Shown piece by piece: positions 61,801-64,000 of a DNA stretch of 64,000 bases; the stretch's first letter is position 1, and every line of letters starts with the position of its first letter. The notes beneath the pieces were generated by a model. The model was not told the DNA's origin and did no database searches. It saw nothing but the letters and a program-made list of their open reading frames with translations. The position numbers and the translations under genes are program-made. The stretch is taken from NCBI GenBank assembly GCA_977017645.1, contig OZ360234.1, positions 60,884,001 to 60,948,000 on the forward strand, in the 5' to 3' direction. This DNA comes from Torpedo marmorata (taxonomy: Eukaryota).

Positions 61801-62523
61801 AAAATAAATGACTGTTTTGAAGCTGGTAAATTTATTACTTTTCAAAGAATGAAAGATAAGTTTAATATATTAGACAATACGTTCTTTGCCTATTTCCAAA
61901 TTAAAGCATTTTTAGTTGAAAGGTTGGGTCATAGTTTGACTTTACCTCGACAAAGTGAATTTGAATTATTAGTTACAAATGGAGGTGTAAATAAGTTTAT
62001 TTCTCAAATGTATAAACTATTACAGAGGAAAATGCCTAAAGTAGCTATTCACAAATCAAGATTAAAATGGGAATCAGATTTGAATGTAATAATAGAAGAA
62101 AAGCATTGGAAAGAATTATGTAAACTAAGTATGACTAAGATTATTAATGTTAGATATAGATTAGTGCAGTATAATTTTTTCCATCAATTATATTTAACAC
62201 CTAAAAGATTAAAGAAATTTAACCCGACATTATCAGATTTATGTTTTAGATGTAATAGGGAGGAAGGTTCTTTTGTACACTCTACATGGTTTTGTCCAAA
62301 GATATATGATTTTTGGTTGAAAGTTAAAAAGTTTTTAGATAAAGTATTAAGAATTACACTCCCAATGGATCCTATGATATTTTTATTTGGAGATATTAAA
62401 AGAATTAGTATTAGGATGAAATTAAATATGTATCAAATAGAATTTTTGAGAATTGCTCTAGCTGTTGCTAAGAAATGCATTGCTATTACTTGGAAGTCTG
62501 ATGTAGATTTGGGTTTAGAATGA
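58858..62523 (+). CDS. L1 ORF2p (1221 aa): APE endonuclease, RT, Cys-rich domain; premature TGA removes the last ~40 aa
   Basis: NINGLN, LQETH, GGDFN, SRID, SDH; YRPISLLN, LDAEKAFD, RQGCPLSP, FADD; CFRC-x8-H-x4-C; reading frame resumes after the TGA to ~62646. Confidence 0.95.
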   Translation: MADSKLINVVSININGLNNPIKRKRTLAYIKKLKVDIAFLQETHLTEAEHQKLKRDWVGQVVASSFNSKAKGVAILINKKLPFKLQSVVLDVSGRYVLINCQIYSEMWTLMNIYVPNTQDEQFIQDSFMHLSEANENILIGGDFNCCFDPILDKTSKSIIRTKTAKKIISLMKDLNLIDIWRKLNPRERDYSFYSFRHDSYSRIDMFLLSSHLQDRVTQIQYKARIISDHSPLIMSCIIPEKEKIAYRWRFNSSLLKRPDFCNYIRREIHEFLQINSNSVDNKFIIWETLKAYLRGQIISYSAKVKKEYVQELDKLEKEIEFLEKDLQKKRSEEKKRNLIGKKLYYNTLQTYKMEKVIERTKQRYYELGERAHKVLAWQLKKEQTSRTINAVKKNSKKITYKHREINDSFREFYVNLYKSQTDKDDFKINAFLSKIKLPRLNTQNKEFLDLPFTMREVSEVLSSLTNGKSLGEDGFPSEFYKEFKDVLIPPYMEVLKQIMESRSLPETFSNAIITVIPKKDRDVLKTESYRPISLLNVDYKIMAKILANRLAKYLPDLIHEDQAGFIKNRYSKDNIARLISLINVAQKKEELALVLTLDAEKAFDRLEWNYLFKVLEKFGFGITFINWIKTIYKEPSARVVTNGQISSKFLLTRSTRQGCPLSPALFVLAIEPLAELIRQDVKIVGIKVGREEHKISLFADDVLIYMIKPITSLIQLDVLLKEYGEISGYKINSDKSEIMALTQGDYNKCKEITQFKWSKEGIKYLGIKIDTKLVNLYKLNYLPLFVKIKKDLESWKDLPITLIGRVNCIKMNVFPRIQYLFQSIPYEIPQKCFKDLNLIIRKFLWKGKLARVAMEKLTWNYDLGGLQLPNFQNYYKAAQLGFINEMFDSVKSSACSRIELNNIGEDLKEEVIYKWNSKQILLRGKNSPIFRHLLEIWNRLDKEIGTKGLISLRMPIYQNRLIPFAFDNQLFKIWFQKGIKKINDCFEAGKFITFQRMKDKFNILDNTFFAYFQIKAFLVERLGHSLTLPRQSEFELLVTNGGVNKFISQMYKLLQRKMPKVAIHKSRLKWESDLNVIIEEKHWKELCKLSMTKIINVRYRLVQYNFFHQLYLTPKRLKKFNPTLSDLCFRCNREEGSFVHSTWFCPKIYDFWLKVKKFLDKVLRITLPMDPMIFLFGDIKRISIRMKLNMYQIEFLRIALAVAKKCIAITWKSDVDLGLE

Positions 62524-63265
62524 TGGCATGCAGAACTTCGTTCATGTATACCACTTGAAAAAATTACTTATAATTTACGTAATAAATATCATTTCTTTTT
62601 GAAAACATGGAGCCCATACATAAAAGCGGTTAGTTTAAAAATTTGAAGATCTCCAGAGATCAGATCAGACTGGTGAACCTATTTTCCACAAAAGATTTGG
62701 CTGATAGTTGTTTTTTTTTAGACACTCTCCTTATTCTATTTCTTTCTTTTCTTTATTTTTAGATTAGTGGGGGTGGGAGGGCTAGGGTGGGGAGAAAATG
62801 TATCACATGTATTTTAATAATTGTATACTTTGCCTTGTGTATTTTGTGATTTAAAATTTTAAATAAAATATTCAAAAAAAACAAAAAAAAAGATGGGTGC
62901 AAATAATCAGCCAGCGGAGTGCATTGGTCGTGCTTTGCTCATAGCATCTGTTTGAATAAAGTTGTGTGAAACAGCAATGGCGTCGCTCCAGGATGAAGAG
63001 CTGGTTGATGCCGCTCGCCGTTAGGGTGACTCTCTTAATGTGTCTCCTTATCGCTGCTTAGTAATAGTCGCCCCGGTCAGAGGCTTTATCTTTAAACTTG
63101 GAGGAGAGGGAGGTTAATTATCTATAATGTTATTGTTTGTCTTTCGGGCAGCTCCGTGGAGGGGGAGGAACCTGCAGATGCATGTTAAATGTTTTCAAAG
63201 AATGTAACCGAAAATAAAGTAAAATTAAGGTTTACATATTCATGCATGTTCAGTGTAAGTACAGT

Positions 63266-64000
63266 ATAACATAGAACATTGCAGCACAGTACAGGCCCTT
63301 CGGCCCTCAATGTTATGCCAATCTATATATTCCAACCAAAAAAATACTAAATATTTCCTACCTTATAACCCTCTATTTTTCTTTCATCCATGTACCTGTA
63401 TAAGAGTCTCTTACATGCCCCAAATGTTTCAGCCTCCACCATTATCCCTCGCAAGGCATTCCAGGCAACTCTCTGTGTAAAAAAAAATACCCCTGATGTC
63501 TCCCCTAAACTTTCCTCCCTTCATTTTATAGAGATGTCCCCTGGTGTTTATTATTCCTGCCCTGGGAAACAGGCGCTGGCTGTCCACCTTATTTATGCCT
63601 CTCAGAATCTTGTAGACCTCTATTAAGTCTCCTCTCATCCTTCTTCGCTCCAAAGAAAAAAGTCCCTGCTCTGCTAACCTTGCTTCATAAGACTTATTTT
63701 CCAATCCAGGCAACACCCTGATAAATCTCCTCTGCACCCTCTCCATAGCTTCCACATCCTTCCTATTATGAGGTGACCAGAACTGAACACAATTCTCTGT
63801 GTGGTCTCACCAGAGGTTTGTAGATTTGCAACATGACCTCTCGACTCTTGGAACTCAACCCCCCTGTTAATGAAGCTCGGCATCCCATAGGCCTTAACTA
63901 TCCTATCAACCTGCACGGCAACGTTGAGAGAATCCAAACGTCCCTCTATTCCTCCACACTGTTAAGTATCCAACCATTAACTCTGTATTCAGCCTTCTGG
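63266..64000 (-). mobile_element. CR1 LINE 3' part (continues beyond the window)
   Basis: MERVQRRFIRVLPGL, LFSLERRRMRGDLIEVYKILRG, TRGH motifs; (TTCTATG)n-type tail. Confidence 0.85.

Larger units (their letters stand above)
56945..62889 (+). mobile_element. Full-length, nearly intact L1-clade LINE
   Basis: 5'UTR, ORF1, spacer, ORF2, G-rich 3'UTR, AATAAA + poly(A); 16-bp TSD AAGATGGGTGCAAATA (56929-56944 / 62890-62905). Confidence 0.97.

Overview
Vertebrate genomic DNA. The repeat repertoire suggests a cartilaginous fish (inference). The + strand holds the last seven coding exons of a SHIP2/INPPL1-like inositol 5-phosphatase gene (1488-33281; C2-region end, NPxY-containing proline-rich tail, SAM domain, stop at 33279-33281), then a probable 3'UTR. 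The rest is dominated by transposable elements. (i) A Gypsy/Gmr1-type LTR family (order Gag-PR-IN-RNaseH, tRNA-Pro PBS, 4-bp TSDs) is present as 3 proviral copies and a solo LTR; both copies that keep pol share the same in-frame deletion of the RT catalytic core. (ii) One intron holds a four-level nest (LTR > L1 > LTR > L1) with TSDs visible at every level. (iii) Several L1-clade LINEs are present, including a near-intact full-length copy, a twin-primed 5'-inverted copy and a full-length copy flanked by a ~438-bp direct duplication. (iv) Penelope-like fold-back relics carry hammerhead-like cores. (v) Also present are 5S-rRNA-derived SINEs, tRNA-type SINEs, Rex1/Babar and CR1 fragments, two unrelated solo LTRs and Tigger/pogo-like DNA-transposon relics. 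All coordinates were read by eye; ends of old repeats are approximate.
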